Positions 1 to 13,528 of a DNA stretch of 64,000 nt are shown here, one piece after another (positions within the stretch are counted from its first letter, which is position 1; the number at the start of each line of letters is the position of its first letter). The stretch covers positions 109,368,001 to 109,432,000 of the forward strand of contig OZ024741.1 in NCBI GenBank assembly GCA_964016885.1, read 5' to 3'. This DNA comes from Eledone cirrhosa (lineage: Eukaryota). Both the position numbers and the translations under genes were made by a program. The notes under the pieces were generated by a model. That model was not told the origin of the DNA and ran no database searches. It saw only the letters and a program-made list of their open reading frames with translations.

Positions 1-69
1 AATAATGACAACAACAATGACAACAGCAACAACAACGATGTCAACAACCACATCAACCTTATAGATATA

Positions 70-298
70 TTTCTTTATTTTCCACAAGGGCGCACAAGAA
101 AAGGGGACAATACAAAGACACATGCCGGGGATTTTACATACAGTCGTGTAAAAATATTGAAACAAACAATTATAACAATCGAAATCCCCAATAGGTGCCA
201 CAAATGGGTTGATAGAACAACCCTCAACTTCAGGAGCGTGTTGTGCAAGTGCTCCTTTCTTCCTTTTGCTCTCTTCTCTAACCTACAAAGATCGTGGC
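70..298 (-). mobile_element. 3' end/UTR fragment of L1/Tx1-like LINE (same family as 13529-15404)
   Basis: Reverse complement matches 15155-15402 (cttgtgcgcccttgtgg..aataaagaaatatatctat); abuts atagatatat. Confidence 0.8.
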
Positions 299-1086
299 GA
301 GAGTACTACTGAAGCACACAATATTATCCACAAACGCACTACCTTGTACACGTGATTATGCTACACCAAACACAGATTACAGGCCAACAGAGACACAACC
401 ACCAACCCACCACCATCACAACATCACACAACACATAGTCACACCAGATTCTGTCACAGACCACCACAACACCACACAACAGTCACACAATCTCACACAC
501 AACACCCACCAACTTATATACGAACGAGTAAGTGCGTCTCGCCGCAAGTATTCCTATTTCTAGAAATAGTAGCCAAAGCCTGATAACATCACTATTTTCA
601 ATACAGCCACCCTCACCATCAATACCACCATCGTCACCAATAGAACCACTTCCAGCACCAATACCACCATAATCACCAATACAAAACCACCCCCACCACA
701 CCCACCAATTCCACCATCATCACCACCACCACCTTTACATCCCAGTATGACCACCACTATCACCAACCCCACATCCAACATTTTCATTAACACGACCGCG
801 GCGAACACCGCTATGACCACCTCCAGAGCCAGGCCAAACCCAGTCACCACTATCTCTAACACCACCATCACCATCATGAACCCCATCACCACCACCACCA
901 TCACCACAAACACTACCACCACTGCCACCTCCACCAACACCATCAGTATCTCAACCACAGCCGCCTTCACCACTACCACCAACAAAATATGTGTCAATAA
1001 GTTCACTGATGACTAAGTTGTAAGGAAGACGTTTGACAACAAAAGACTACCTCCTACTTCAGACGTCTCCTACCACAACACATCCA

Positions 1087-1271
<185 letters not shown>

Positions 1272-1499
1272 TAATGATGGCAACAGCAGCAACTAGGCAA
1301 TTAATTATTCAGAGCACGACGATAGGTGTCGCTATTGTGTGGAAACAATCACGTGGTCAACAAGATGTTGTCATGTTGTGTTTTTCTCATGAATCAATTA
1401 CGAGGCGACGAGACAGGGCTTAATTTAGTTCTATTTCCTTACTTTTACAACGGTGAGAGTGATCGTTAAATACATGGTTAGTTGATGGTTAGTAATATC

Positions 1500-1745
1500 T
1501 GTGTGAAGGCTCAATGGTTTGAGGGTTGGATTCACAATCTTGAGGTTGTGAGATCGATTTCTGGACCAGCCGGTGCGTTGTGTCTTTCAACAAGACATTT
1601 TATTTTACCTTGTTCTAGTTCACGCAACTGGGAAATGAGTTGGGAGGTCAATGGCTAAGGGTACATGTGTCTGCTGAATGCTCAGTCACTTGCTCGTTAA
1701 ATCCATGAGCAGACTCTACCATTATTCAAACAAATGAAACGTTCA
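1500..1745 (+). mobile_element. tRNA-derived SINE, family B (CORE/V-SINE-like centre); related copies ~13240-13370(+), ~27005-27270(-), ~62455-62745(+)
   Basis: A-box/B-box-like head (ggttgtgagatcgatttc; gtgagttcgattcc at 62503) followed by shared gtgtc(c)ttga(g)caagac..ttcac..ctcca.ctcactcagctgg motif. Confidence 0.6.
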
Positions 1746-1996
1746 TTCTCTGAAATGATGCAGTACAAAACCACCTCTACCATCATCAGAAGGGTTAGTT
1801 TGAAGTCAAACATTGAGTACATACAGATAGGAGAGCTCTTAGTATGTTAGACTAAGAAATACTAGCTAGCTTTGTAACATGTGAAGGTAATCCCAGTTTT
1901 TTCTTCTTTTGTGTATCAAGAGAATCACAAAGAGTGTCTATACTTGTTCTTTTTTTACAGCGAGAATATAATTGAAAAAAAAAAGCCTGTAGTTAT

Positions 1997-2910
1997 ACAG
2001 GGTTGCTCAATGTTTTGAGGATATTTGCATGAATTTATTAAAAGACGTATAAGTCATGAAGGAAGATATTTATTCGTGACAAATTGGAATGAATAATCTT
2101 GAGATTCTTCTTGACGCTTCAACTCAATTATTCCTCAGTTAACATAAATGGCTGTTTCAATGCGAGGTTTGAAACGTTGACATGCCCGAATAAGATGATA
2201 TTTATCTATTGGGGACATTGTGCTGATTATGGCAGGCTTCAAAGATTTTTTAGTGTTGATTGATTTTCTTCTCGATTACATAGTAGTCCAACAGTTTCAG
2301 ATATGGAGTACTAGGAGGCCACGCTTGGGGTGACATGATCATCGAGATTGTAACTCATTGATTTTGCAGTCGTCTTGGCCTTGTGAGACGGCACAGAATC
2401 TTATTCGTATGTGTTCTGTTTTCCTTTGGTAAAGCTCACTATCCAACGGCACACAATCCTCTTCATCACCTTATAGTCTGCCACATCGAACGCTGAAGAA
2501 AGAAGTGAGGTGATATCGCATATCACTCGTTGCTTACGATTCTCAGAACCAACACAGCTGCCGAAATGTTTGTGTGCATGACCGTTGGAACCTCTTTAGG
2601 GTCTCTACATAATCATCTGTCATTCCTTCGGTTGACATTTATTCCTGATCAAAGTTTATCTCATCATTCAATTTACTCAATAAGTGTTTTGTTGCATCAG
2701 ACGGTTATATTTTGTATTCGCAGGCATGAATCCGCCTCTCCGCATCACGTATGATTTGTATCGAAGGTCCTCATGAACAATTCTTCCTATAGTGAGCCTT
2801 GAAACCACGAACTCATTAGAAATGACGCTAATTGGCTTTCTGAGGTTCTTATCGATAATTTTCTGCACCTTTCATACATATGTGGATGTTCTGATTGTAT
2901 TAAATCCTTA
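1997..2910 (-). mobile_element. Degenerate Tc1/mariner-superfamily (DD37D/maT-like) transposon remnant
   Basis: Minus-strand peptides RIVHEDLRYKSYVMRRGGF and PPSTPYLKLLDYY (~WPPNSPDLNPLDY); ta-cagggt terminus at 1995-2002. Confidence 0.6.
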
Positions 2911-2944
2911 GGAGGTAGCCTACCTAGAAGAAGGACTTTAATTT

Positions 2945-5130
2945 GAATCTTAACCAGCAACACAGTACAGACAGTATCCTCAGATTTTGTTGGAAACTGC
3001 CTTGGGGAAGGACACTCCAAACTACGTCCTATGACCTAAAGACCTCTATCTCACTGCTTCGGCTTGCCTGGCTATGACAGACGAACCGCAGGTGTAAAGA
3101 GTGAAGCCGGCTATGCACATATTGTTCCCCATCTTGAAACCCCACTGCACAGGCATGAAGGTCATGTCAAACCCTTCAATGTCCCTGTTCTCAAAAGAGG
3201 GTAGCCTTCCGCCACCCCTGCAGTAAGCTTCTGTGCTGATTTTGGGAAATTCAATCTTGCAGAGAAACTCCAAACATATGGAGACACTGGGAACAATGGC
3301 TTCTTCTATGAAGCCTTGAAAGTAGCCTACAGCCCGTTTTACGTGCCACTATACTTTCTCCGAAGTTCAGATGGACGGCTCTGGCTAAATGACAGGAACT
3401 CCATCCTAGTTCGCTGGTCTGAACACTTTCAGTATCTCTTTAGCGCCAACTGCATGGTCCATGACGTAGCAATTGGCTCCATTCTATAGCTACCTGTGGA
3501 AAACACCCTGAGAAAAACACAAAGCCATTAAGCTGCTGGAGACAGGAAAAGCCTCGGGTTTCGCCGGTTTTCCCTCAGAAGTTGGGATCAATGGTGATCA
3601 TTCCCTTTACTCCAGAATCTATGAATTCTTCATCAGTTGCTGGAATCGTGATACACATATCCCAGACATCCATAATGCAATAATTATCATACAAGAACAA
3701 GCTAGGTTACACCAATTACAGTGACATCACCTTTCTCCCCATCGCAGATTAGATCCTGGCCCGAATTCTTCTCCTCAGATTAACAACTATCATTGCTGAG
3801 GACCATCTCCCCGAAAGGCACAGTGTAGTTTTAGAGCAAAACAGGGCACCATGGACATGGTGTTTTGTTTGAGACAGGTCCAGGAGAAATACCGTAAACA
3901 AAGCAGAGATCTGTTCATCACCTTTCTCAAGTTGACCAACATATTCGACATAGTGTTCAAAGGGGGTTTACATCATATGCACCGATTAAAACCTCTTCAA
4001 CTTGCAGCAGTTGCAGGGACACACCAAGACCTCAGAAAAACTGCTCCAAGAGCCTATTCGATTACGATGTCTGACCTGTTGCGCACAGTGAAGGAGCTAT
4101 TATACAACGCCTTATTTCAAGCTTTGCAAATGCTTCTGACGTAGAGGTCTCCAACAGCCTGCTCCCAAGAATGTATATAATCCACCAACTATTTCCATCA
4201 AGCAGGCCAAGCTCAATGCTGTGCAGCAGTTCTGCTATCTTGCTAGTGTTATTTACACCGATACTGGAATTGACAAGGGATGGACAACAGACTAGCCAAA
4301 GCCAGCAGTGTCTTTGGGAGACTTTCGAAGTGGGTATGGAGAAATAACTGTTTCTACTTTAGGCACAAGGCCAGCAATTACCCAGTGCATTACTGGTACT
4401 TTATTTTATCGACCCCGTAAAGATGAAAGGCAAAGTCAACCTCGGCGGGATTTGAACTCAAATCGTAAAGGGACGTGAGAAATAACAACCTCAAAGCAGA
4501 GATAAAGCTCAGAGTCTACAAGGCTGTAGGCCATACCATTCTCTTATACGGCTTTGAGTCATGGGTCTTGTATCGTTGTCACACGCCCCCTGGAGAGATT
4601 CCACTAGCGCTGTCTGTGCACGATATTAAACATTCACTGGAGATGTCACCAAAACAGATGTCCTCGAGAAAGTCAAGACCAACACCATCAAGGCCAAACA
4701 TAAGTAGACACACCTAGGCTGGGCGGACTGTGTCTCCAGAATGACAGACCATCTCCTGCCAAAAATAATACTCTACGGAGAATTGTCTTATGGCAGTCGA
4801 AACATCGGTGCGTCCAAGAAATAGTATAAATACATGCTAAAAAAGATCCCGAAAGTATGTAACAGCAACCTCCACCAGTGGACCACACAGGCTGCTGACA
4901 GGAATGCTAAGTGCTGCACCCCTCGAGACGCTATGCGCATATTTAAGGTAAACTGTCGTGTCAGCCTGGAAGAGAAAAGTGTCCGGTAGAAGGGCTGTGT
5001 CATAGGGGAACCATACACCACAGATATTTCCCTGGGGCCACTGGGAGCGAATCTACCAAACTCGGATCGGTTGCATCAGTCACAAGCGTGCATGCACGCG
5101 GGAGTGGGTAGAGATGACCCGACTATTATG
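2945..5130 (+). mobile_element. Degenerate RTE-clade (BovB-like) non-LTR retrotransposon with internal deletions
   Basis: RT fragments FRANRGTMDMVFCLRQVQEKY, KLRVYKAV..ILLYGFESW, RLGWADCVSRM..LPKIILYGEL; RTE-like 5' UTR motif near 2995-3025; many stops and frameshifts. Confidence 0.85.
4349..4476 (-). mobile_element. tRNA-derived SINE family A (5'-truncated) inserted in the RTE
   Basis: Matches 39215-39400; flanked by 10-bp direct repeat gagaaataac (4339-4348 / 4477-4486). Confidence 0.85.
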
Positions 5131-5231
5131 TTCCCCAGTTTGAGCCCTCGATGCCTAGTGCGTCCGGTTGCCAGTGTGGTATTGTACTTTTGCTATTACA
5201 CTGTAGTCGTTATCCTTAAGAGACAGACTAT

Positions 5232-5410
5232 TAATAATTGTTTCTACTTTTGGCACAAGGCCAGCAATTATCCCAGTGAATTACTGGTACTTTATTTTAT
5301 CGACCTCGTAAGGTTAACCTCGGCGGGATTTGAACTCAGACTGCAAAGGACCGTAATTCTATGCTGCAAAGCATGGCGTCCGACCCTCTACCGATATTGC
5401 CAATCTCCCG
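5232..5410 (-). mobile_element. tRNA-derived SINE family A
   Basis: Reverse complement of the 39215-39400 consensus. Confidence 0.85.
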
Positions 5411-5965
5411 TGAGTAGTTACGAGGTATCAATCTGGTATCATATTATTTATTGCAATATCATATTATTTATTGCAATCGATCAGCTCAAGGAACGATTGG
5501 TATCGACGGGGTCCGACTCTACAATCGGAGGCTCCTCAGACTTGTAGATTTCTTAACGACAAATATATCTTTATACAGCGTAACTTATACTACATTGACA
5601 CCTCATTTCTACACCTGGTCTTTTGTATAAAGTACATGGCAAACTGGCGTATGCCTCCCTAGGTACGCTGAGTTTGCCGAAGCAAGCTGACCTTCGTTCG
5701 TCAGCAATCGGAGAGTCACTGCTGGTGAACTTCAATAAATTTCCTTCACAAAAACATCTCTCAGGATATTAGAAAAAATACGTACATACACGCATACAAG
5801 CACATATATACGCATACATCTGCAAACACCCACGTACTATCGTCTCACACACCTACTCACACGTGTCTATGTTATTATATTTACTTCTGTGATTATATAT
5901 GGAGGGCTTTTTCTTTAGTGATTACAACCACACATTCATATATATATATATATATATATATATCA

Positions 5966-6096
5966 TCTACTGATGAGTTTATAGTTTATAAGAGCCCGCT
6001 TGTGTATAAAACTATGGATTATATACAAGTTTCTACATAACCTGGACATTATTTATCCCAAATTGTAGAAATCTTATAACGAAACGATCGTCTAGA
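5966..6096 (+). ncRNA. Type I hammerhead ribozyme with long stem II insertion, in a ~320-bp (TA)n-flanked non-coding element (5964-6280)
   Basis: tcta-CTGATGA-gtttata...tataac-GAAA-cgatcg-TC^taga: 4-bp stem I, intact core, palindromic stem III, GUC site. Confidence 0.75.
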
Positions 6097-6274
6097 AGGA
6101 GAGAGATATTTATTTAATTATGTCTCATATAAAATAATACAACCAGCTATCCACGAAATACTGATTAGTTAGCACCCCAAACACTAAGTTGGGATAATAC
6201 TTAGGTATATCCTAATGTTTGTTGAGTGAGATGGAGTTGGTCAGAGTATCGCTTAAGGCTTTCTCTGTTTATGT

Positions 6275-6309
<35 letters not shown>

Positions 6310-6338
6310 GTGGTTACACAACAGTTAGTTCACCATAC

Positions 6339-6376
6339 CGAGAACAATTGTTTCGCCTTAGCGGATCCTCAGCTCG
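6339..6376 (-). ncRNA. Minimal type I hammerhead ribozyme in Penelope pLTR (left arm)
   Basis: rc: cgag-CTGAGGA-tccgctaaggc-GAAA-caattg-TT^ctcg. Confidence 0.75.
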
Positions 6377-6556
6377 TAATGGGCATGGTTATAGGAACAG
6401 GAAGGACAACCGTACGAACGCGCATGTGCAGAAACCCGGTCACCTCACATAGGTAATACTAGAATGCGTGCGAGAGGTGTAAGGGAGATAACTGTGAAAG
6501 TCTGAACATTTTTAGTTGAAAATAAAATTACAAGGAATCAGTCCGGAGCTTTGTAG

Positions 6557-7308
6557 TTATGCAATAGGTGTTTGGCGACTTGTGAAAAATTCATTTCTCG
6601 TGTTTAGGCAATCACTATTGCGTAATCTCTTTAGAATAGTTATTCGTTCGTCAATACATAAGCCACACGTCGGATTTCCCCTTGCGTATGGCTTGGACTT
6701 AGTGATGGCTTTCCATTGAATGGAGTAGTCTATACTTGAGTCCTTGAGGGACCATACGTGGCTCACGAGTTTCGTGGATGAACGTCTGTCCGAGTACCTG
6801 AAGGTAGACTGATAGTTCAGGAAACGTTCCTTAAATCGGCCCTCCGCCATGCCCACATAGGATTTGACCTCCTGTGGTTCGTTTGGTCGGTTGGAACTGA
6901 CCACAGCTTCATAAATTACAGTTGGTGTGTTGCATTGCTGTTGAAGGGGGCAAGCTTCGGGCTTACGGCAAGAGCACCCTGGTGGGTTGTTGCTCCTAGG
7001 GCTGCTGGTGATGTGAGCTTTCATGTTCTTAGCGCAGGAGTATCCTAGTTTAACTTTGTGTCGGTTAAAATGGAGCGGTATTTATGACCTATGGGAAAGT
7101 GTCTATCTAAGAGGGCTAGACATATTTTTCCTACATTGGTTTTAACGTTGAGTGAGAAGGGAGGAGAGAACCAGATAGTTTCTCTATTGTTGCGCTTACT
7201 TTTCTTAATGGTGTTGTTGCTAGTGGGAGAGTAGGTGATAGTTTGTGAGAAGCCGCTGTTAGCCAACGCCGTGTTATAGTAGGGTGCCGCCCTGTCAAAG
7301 ATAGCTTT
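6557..7308 (-). pseudogene. Inverted duplicate of the Penelope linker + GIY-YIG region
   Basis: ORFs 7045-7365 and 6557-7024 nearly identical to the plus-arm C-terminus. Confidence 0.88.
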
Positions 7309-7311
7309 AAT

Positions 7312-8710
7312 TAAGTGGTTTAACCCCTTAAAATCCAAAAAAGCGAAGTTCACACAGTTTGACATTGTCGATTTTTACCCGTCGATCTCGGAGACCCTGT
7401 TAAACAAAGCGTTGGACTTCGCTACCACTTATACCACCGTCGATGGTTTAGACAGGGAAATCATCGCTCACTGCCGGAAAACCCTCCTCTTCAAATATGG
7501 AGTAGCCTGGGCAAAGAAGTCTACAACTTCAGACCTATTCGACGTCTCCATGGGATTGTTTGACAGTGCTGATGTATGTGACTTGGTTGGCCTATTTATC
7601 TTAGACATATTACGTGTTAGATTCCCGGACTTCCACACGGGAATATACCGCGACGATGGACTGACTTTATCGAGCCATAAAAGTGGTCACGACCTCGACC
7701 GGTTTAAAAAAGACTTAGCTTCTACCTTCAATGAGTTAGGCCTTAGGATAACAGGAGCCACCAACCTCTCTAGCGTAGATTTCTTAGACATTAATTTAGA
7801 CCTTCGCACACACACCCACAGACCCTTCCATAAGCTAAACGAGAAACCCAATTACATTCACAAGGACTCATGCCACCCTCCCACTGTTTTTAGAAACTTC
7901 GTTAAGAATATCAGTACTACAATCTCAAACCTCTCCTCTAATAAGGCTATCTTTGTCAGGGCGGCACCCTACTATAACACGGTGTTAGCTAACAGCGGCT
8001 TCTCACAACCTATCACCTACTCTCCCACTAGCAACAACTCCATTAAGAAAAGTAAGCGCAACAATAGACAAACTATCTGGTTCTCTCCTCCCTTCCCAAT
8101 CAACGTTAAAACCAATGTAGGAAAAGATTTCTAGCGCTCTTAGATAGACACTTTCCCATAGGTCATAAATACCGCTCCATCTTTAACCGACACAAAGTTA
8201 AACTAGGATACTCCTGCGCTAAGAACATGAAAGCCCACATCACCAGCAGCCCTAGGAGCAACACCCACCAGGGTGCTCTTGCTGTAAGCCCGAAGCTCGC
8301 CCCCTTCAACAGCAATGCAACACACCAGCTGTAATTTATGAAGCTGTGGTCACTTCCAACCGACCAAACGAACCACAGGAGGCCAATCCTATGTGGGCAT
8401 GGCGGAGGGCCAATTTAAGGAACGTTTCCTGAACCACCAGTCTACCTTCAGGTACCCGAACAGACGTTCATCCACGAAACTCCCGAGCCACGTATGGTCC
8501 CTCAAGGACTCAAGTATAGACTACTCCATTCAATGGAAAGCCATCACTAAGTTCAAGCCATACGCAAGGGGAAATCCGACGTGTGGCTTATGTATTGACG
8601 AACGAATAACTATTCTAAAGAGATTACGCAATAGTGATTGCCTAAACACGAGAATGAATTTTTCACACGTTGTCCACACGTCGCCAAACACCTATTGCAT
8701 AACTACAAGG
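7312..8710 (+). pseudogene. 5'-truncated, frameshifted Penelope-like RT + C-terminal GIY-YIG endonuclease
   Basis: ORFs 7412-8134 and 8393-8731 joined through frameshifts; reading frame open upstream to ~7312 (KWFNPLKSKKAKFTQFDIVDFYPS). Confidence 0.88.
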
Positions 8711-8882
8711 CTCCGGACGGATTCCTTGTAATTTTATTTTTAACTAAAAATTTTCGGACTTTCGCAGTTATCTCCCTTATACTTCTCGCACGCATTCTAG
8801 TATTGCCTGTGTGAGGTGACAGGGTTTCTGGGCATGCGCGTTCGTACGGTTGTCCTTCCTGTTCCTATAACCATGCCCATTA

Positions 8883-8920
8883 CGAGCTGAGGATCCGCTA
8901 AGGTGAAACAATTGTTCTCG
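8883..8920 (+). ncRNA. Minimal type I hammerhead ribozyme in Penelope pLTR (right arm)
   Basis: cgag-CTGAGGA-tccgctaaggt-GAAA-caattg-TT^ctcg; palindromic stem III. Confidence 0.75.
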
Positions 8921-9045
8921 GTATGGTGAACTAACGGTTGTGTAACCACTTCTACCTAACTCGTCCCATGGCCTGAGTGCTCTGCCACTACGGATATTAC
9001 CTTCCAGTGTTCTACCACTATATATATATATGAATATATATATAC

Positions 9046-9144
<99 letters not shown>

Positions 9145-9157
9145 TATACACACACGC

Positions 9158-9242
<85 letters not shown>

Positions 9243-9414
9243 TATGCATATATACATATACATATATACAAAGAAAAGTAGATGTGTGTTGGAACGTTCA
9301 CATACATTTCTGTGTGGCTTTGTGTATGTGTGTGTTTATGTGTGTTAGTGTTATGTCTGAGCATATTTGCCTATGCGGCGGTACATATATATATATACAC
9401 ACACACTCGCAGAC

Positions 9415-9454
<40 letters not shown>

Positions 9455-9706
9455 TTATATATATATATATATATGAGTATGGATGTATGTTTGTATGTGC
9501 ATGTATGGATGTATGTTTGTATGTGCATGTAGCTAAGTATATATGTGTAAGTGTGTGTGTGTGTGAAGATGTATGAAGTGAAGGTCACCTACATGCAATA
9601 CAGGAAAGATTTACGAGTTTGGTGCACAGTGTCAGCGTTGTGTGTAGAGGTGTGGAGAATATTAGTGTGGTGTGATGGGATATAAAGATTTGTGAGAGGC
9701 GGCGAT

Positions 9707-9882
9707 AGTATTAGTGTAGTGACAGATGAGAAGTGGTGGGAGATGTCAGTATTAGTGTAGAGGCGGATGAGATGTGGTGGGAGATGTCAGTATTAGTGTA
9801 GAGGCGGATGAGATGTGGTGGGAGATGTCAGTATTAGTGTAGAGGCGGATGAGATGTGGTGGGAGATGTCAGTATTAGTGTA
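9707..9882. repeat. ~41-bp minisatellite, about 4 copies
   Basis: Repeats of gtcagtattagtgtagaggcggatgagatgtggtgggagat. Confidence 0.9.
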
Positions 9883-9949
9883 CTGAACAGTGTGGTGGTG
9901 GTATTTGCTGTGGTTAATGATATTGTATATAGATCATCATAGAGATGTT

Positions 9950-11040
9950 GTTGGTGTCGGTGCTAGTGTTGGTGCTGGTGCTGGTGTTGATGCTGGTGCT
10001 GGTGCTGGTGTTGGTGCTGGTGCTGGTGCTGGTGCTGGTGCTGGTGCTGGTGCTGGTGCTGGTGCTGGTGCTGGTGTTGGTGCTGGTGCTGGTGCTGGTG
10101 CTGGTGCTGGTGTTGGTGCTGGTGTTGGTGCTGGTGTTGGTGCTGGTGCTGGTGCTGGTGCTGGTGCTGGTGCTGGTGCTGGTGTTGGTGCTGGTGCTGG
10201 TGCTGGTGCTGGTGCTGGTGCTGGTGCTGGTGCTGGTGCTGGTGCTGGTGCTGGTGCTGGTGTTGGTGCTGGTGTTGGTGCTGGTGCTGGTGTTGGTGTT
10301 GGTGCTGGTGTTGGTGCTGGTGTTGGTGCTGGTGTTGGTGCTGGTGCTGGTGCTGGTGCTGGTGCTGGTGCTGGTGCTGGTGCTGGTGCTGGTGCTGGTG
10401 TTGGTGCTGGTGCTGGTGCTGGTGCTGGTGCTGGTGCTGGTGCTGGTGCTGGTGCTGGTGCTGGTGCTGGTGTTGGTGCTGGTGTTGGTGCTGGTGCTGG
10501 TGTTGGTGTTGGTGCTGGTGTTGGTGCTGGTGTTGGTGCTGGTGCTGGTGCTGGTGCTGGTGCTGGTGCTGGTGCTGGTGTTGGTGCTGGTGCTGGTGCT
10601 GGTGCTGGTGCTGGTGCTGGTGCTGGTGCTGGTGCTGGTGCTGGTGCTGGTGCTGGTGCTGGTGTTGGTGCTGGTGCTGGTGCTGGTGCTGGTGCTGGTG
10701 CTGGTGTTGGTGCTGGTGCTGGTGCTGGTGCTGGTGTTGGTGCTGGTGCTGGTGCTGGTGCTGGTGTTGGTGCTGGTGCTGGTGCTGGTGCTGGTGTTGG
10801 TGTTGGTGCTGGTGTTGGTGCTGGTGCTGGTGCTGGTGCTGGTGCTGGTGCTGGTGCTGGTGTTGGTGCTGGTGCTGGTGCTGGTGCTGGTGCTGGTGCT
10901 GGTGTTGGTGTTGGTGCTGGTGTTGGTGCTGGTGCTGGTGCTGGTGTTGGTGCTGGTGTTGGTGCTGGTGTTGGTGCTGGTGCTGGTGCTGGTGCTGGTG
11001 CTGGTGCTGGTGCTGGTGCTGGTGCAGGTGCAGGTGCTAG
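9950..11040. repeat. (GGTGCT/GGTGTT)n hexanucleotide satellite, ~1.1 kb
   Basis: Direct inspection. Confidence 0.95.
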
Positions 11041-11199
11041 TATTCGTGTTGGTGGTGATAAAAGTGTTGTAGTGTTGGTGTTGGTGATGGCTTTGGTGGC
11101 GGTGTTGGTCTTGGTGGAAAGAAAGCTAAAGGTTGTGTGCTGATGTGGTAAATATTACTGAAACATTATATATGAAGGTAATAATGTTAGTGGTGGGTG

Positions 11200-11288
11200 T
11201 GATGGTGGTGGTGGTGGAGAGGAGGAGGAGGAGAAGAAGAAGAAGAAGAAGAAGAAGAAGAAGAAGAAGAAGAAGAAGAAGAAGAAGA

Positions 11289-11355
<67 letters not shown>

Positions 11356-11575
11356 GGAGGAGGAGGAGGAGGAGGAGGAGGAGGAGGAGGAGGAGGAGGA
11401 GGAGGAGGAGCGAAATATCATGAACGACAACAACAACGAGGATGCCATGTCTCTGTTATTGGAGAAATTGTCCAGACATCAGCCAGATGTAAACCAGACG
11501 TACTAGATTTTTCCCTAAGACATGTCTGGGGAAGAAAGATTTATTGTCTGGCCCTACTGCTGCTGCTACTACTAT

Positions 11576-11636
<61 letters not shown>

Positions 11637-11644
11637 GCTTCTAT

Positions 11645-11688
<44 letters not shown>

Positions 11689-11690
11689 AC
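11200..11690. repeat. Compound trinucleotide microsatellites (GGA/GAA/GAT/GGA; ACT)
   Basis: Direct inspection. Confidence 0.95.
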
Positions 11691-13528
11691 ACAACAATCA
11701 CTGAAATCTTACTTCCACCACCTCTACTACCAAAGCCAACACAACTAATACTACTACCCCTTTAATAATACTACCACCAATGCTGCCACTACCATTATCT
11801 CAATATCACAACCACCATATCCATCATAACCACCAACATAACCACCGCATATATTATCATCAAAGTCATTACTACAATTTACAGCTCAACCACTACCATT
11901 ACTGCTACCACTGTCACCGCCGTCTATCACAACATACCTGCTAACAATAGCATTCAATTCACTTTTAAATCACTCTACTTTCTTATTTATTCAGGACACA
12001 TTAGATGACGTAGTCCTACTTAACCACAGAAAGACGAAATAGTCATAGCTGATATGCATTTGACCATAGTCATTCGCGATCCGGGTTGGACAAGGTCGAC
12101 AACAAAACAACAAAAAGAAACAGCAAAGTAGATCTAAATCAACAAAAACATCTTTCAAAACTGAAAATTACATTTATTACGAGTCATCGTATGTCGCCTA
12201 GTTTAGCACCACCACTTAGTCATTGGGCGCCTTTAGAACATTTAATTCTATTACAGGCGTTTGGTCTAAGTCCTCGGTCTGAGAATAACGTATTCACTTT
12301 CAACAAGCACATATCTGAGAGTCCCTGAATATGATCATGGACCCTACTTCCCCCTCCTTTGACAAACATATTTAAAAAGTAAAAATATACATTCTTTTCT
12401 AGATTTGGGTGTTTTGTTAATTAATATTGATAAGACAGAAATGGTTAATGTTTTAATGGCAGAGGAAAATGGGTATGTTGTGGATAAATTGAATCATACA
12501 TCTCCATGTACCCGGCGGCTATAACAATTAATTACGTTTACATTTTTTCTCGTCTGCTTAAAATGTTTCCTTTAACGCTGGGTATTAAGCTGTAATCAGA
12601 AATTCAATAAAACTATTCGTTATTTAAATACATACATAAAATAAAACTAGATGAAATATGTTAAATTTGTTATCCCAAAATAGTTTCAGTAAAATACTGT
12701 TGATGAAAATTACTTCAATATAAAATTGATTAAGGCGAAAGTTGTATTAAATATGTTGGTTAACTTTTCAAAACGCCTGTCTGACTGTCTGAAAAATATG
12801 GTTGACAAGACACGTCAACGCGACTTCCGTTTTCCTTGCTCGAGGTGCAATGACCTGGTTGGCTAGATACAGCGACAAACTATTAAATACTAATTACCTT
12901 AGACTTCCAGCCTAATTTTAAAGGGCGCCATTGCTGGTGGGACTAAATAGTAGTTAGAAACAATGTTTCGTAAACAGGATGATATGCACCTCACACCCGA
13001 CACACACATACTCTCACTGGGGTGGCGTGATACCCTTTGAATGCTATTGTGACAATGGCTGACTGACGTTTGTCGTTCGATATAAAATTTTAGAAAATAT
13101 ATATTTAAAAAGTACATTAAATATGTTCAAGGTTGAAGTGAAAATATATACAATTATAATATAGAAAAGAGCGGAAACAGAAAAAGCTGGTCTACCATAC
13201 GAATCGGTTGATAGCTGTTCTATATAGTTGAAGTTTGTAAGTTGCGTGGCTTTGTGGTAAAAATACTCAACTCGTGATTGTAGGGTCGTGGGTTTGATTC
13301 CCGATGGCGTGTTACGTCCTTAATCAGGGCATTGTATTTCGAGTCGCTTAAATCCATCAGCTTCAAAAGAAAAAAAAATCTTGTACATACTGTATGATGC
13401 TGATTCTCCATGAGAATTATGCTGAGAGTACAGGTATCTGCATAATGCCAGTGTTGGTTTAGATATTTTAATTAAGATATTTTAATTCTGAACTTGCCTA
13501 ACATGATATCTATCTATCTATCAGGTCA

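Larger units (their letters stand above)
6305..9018. mobile_element. Penelope-like retroelement, tail-out inverted structure: minus arm 6305-7308, plus arm 7309-9018, both 3' ends in (TA)n
   Basis: RT motifs QFDIVDFYPSI, MG..DSADVCDLVGL, GIYRDDG, VDFLDI, YIHKDSCHPP; Cys-rich linker CSCRKPEACPLQQQC; GIY-YIG VIY..SYVGMAEG.FKERFLNH; 6305-7308 is the reverse complement of ~7943-8954. Confidence 0.92.

Noticed and set aside
9707-9882. Regularly spaced repeats resembling a CRISPR array
   Set aside because: Contiguous identical units without unique spacers; eukaryotic context, no cas genes
9890-11143. 417-aa GAGAGV fibroin/elastin-like ORF
   Set aside because: It is a (GGTGCT)n satellite, open in several frames, with essentially no synonymous variation and no non-repetitive domain or splice evidence
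12800-13080. Possible promoter (acttccg ETS-like and cgccatt YY1-like motifs, some CpG)
   Set aside because: Short motifs occur by chance and no associated exon could be identified
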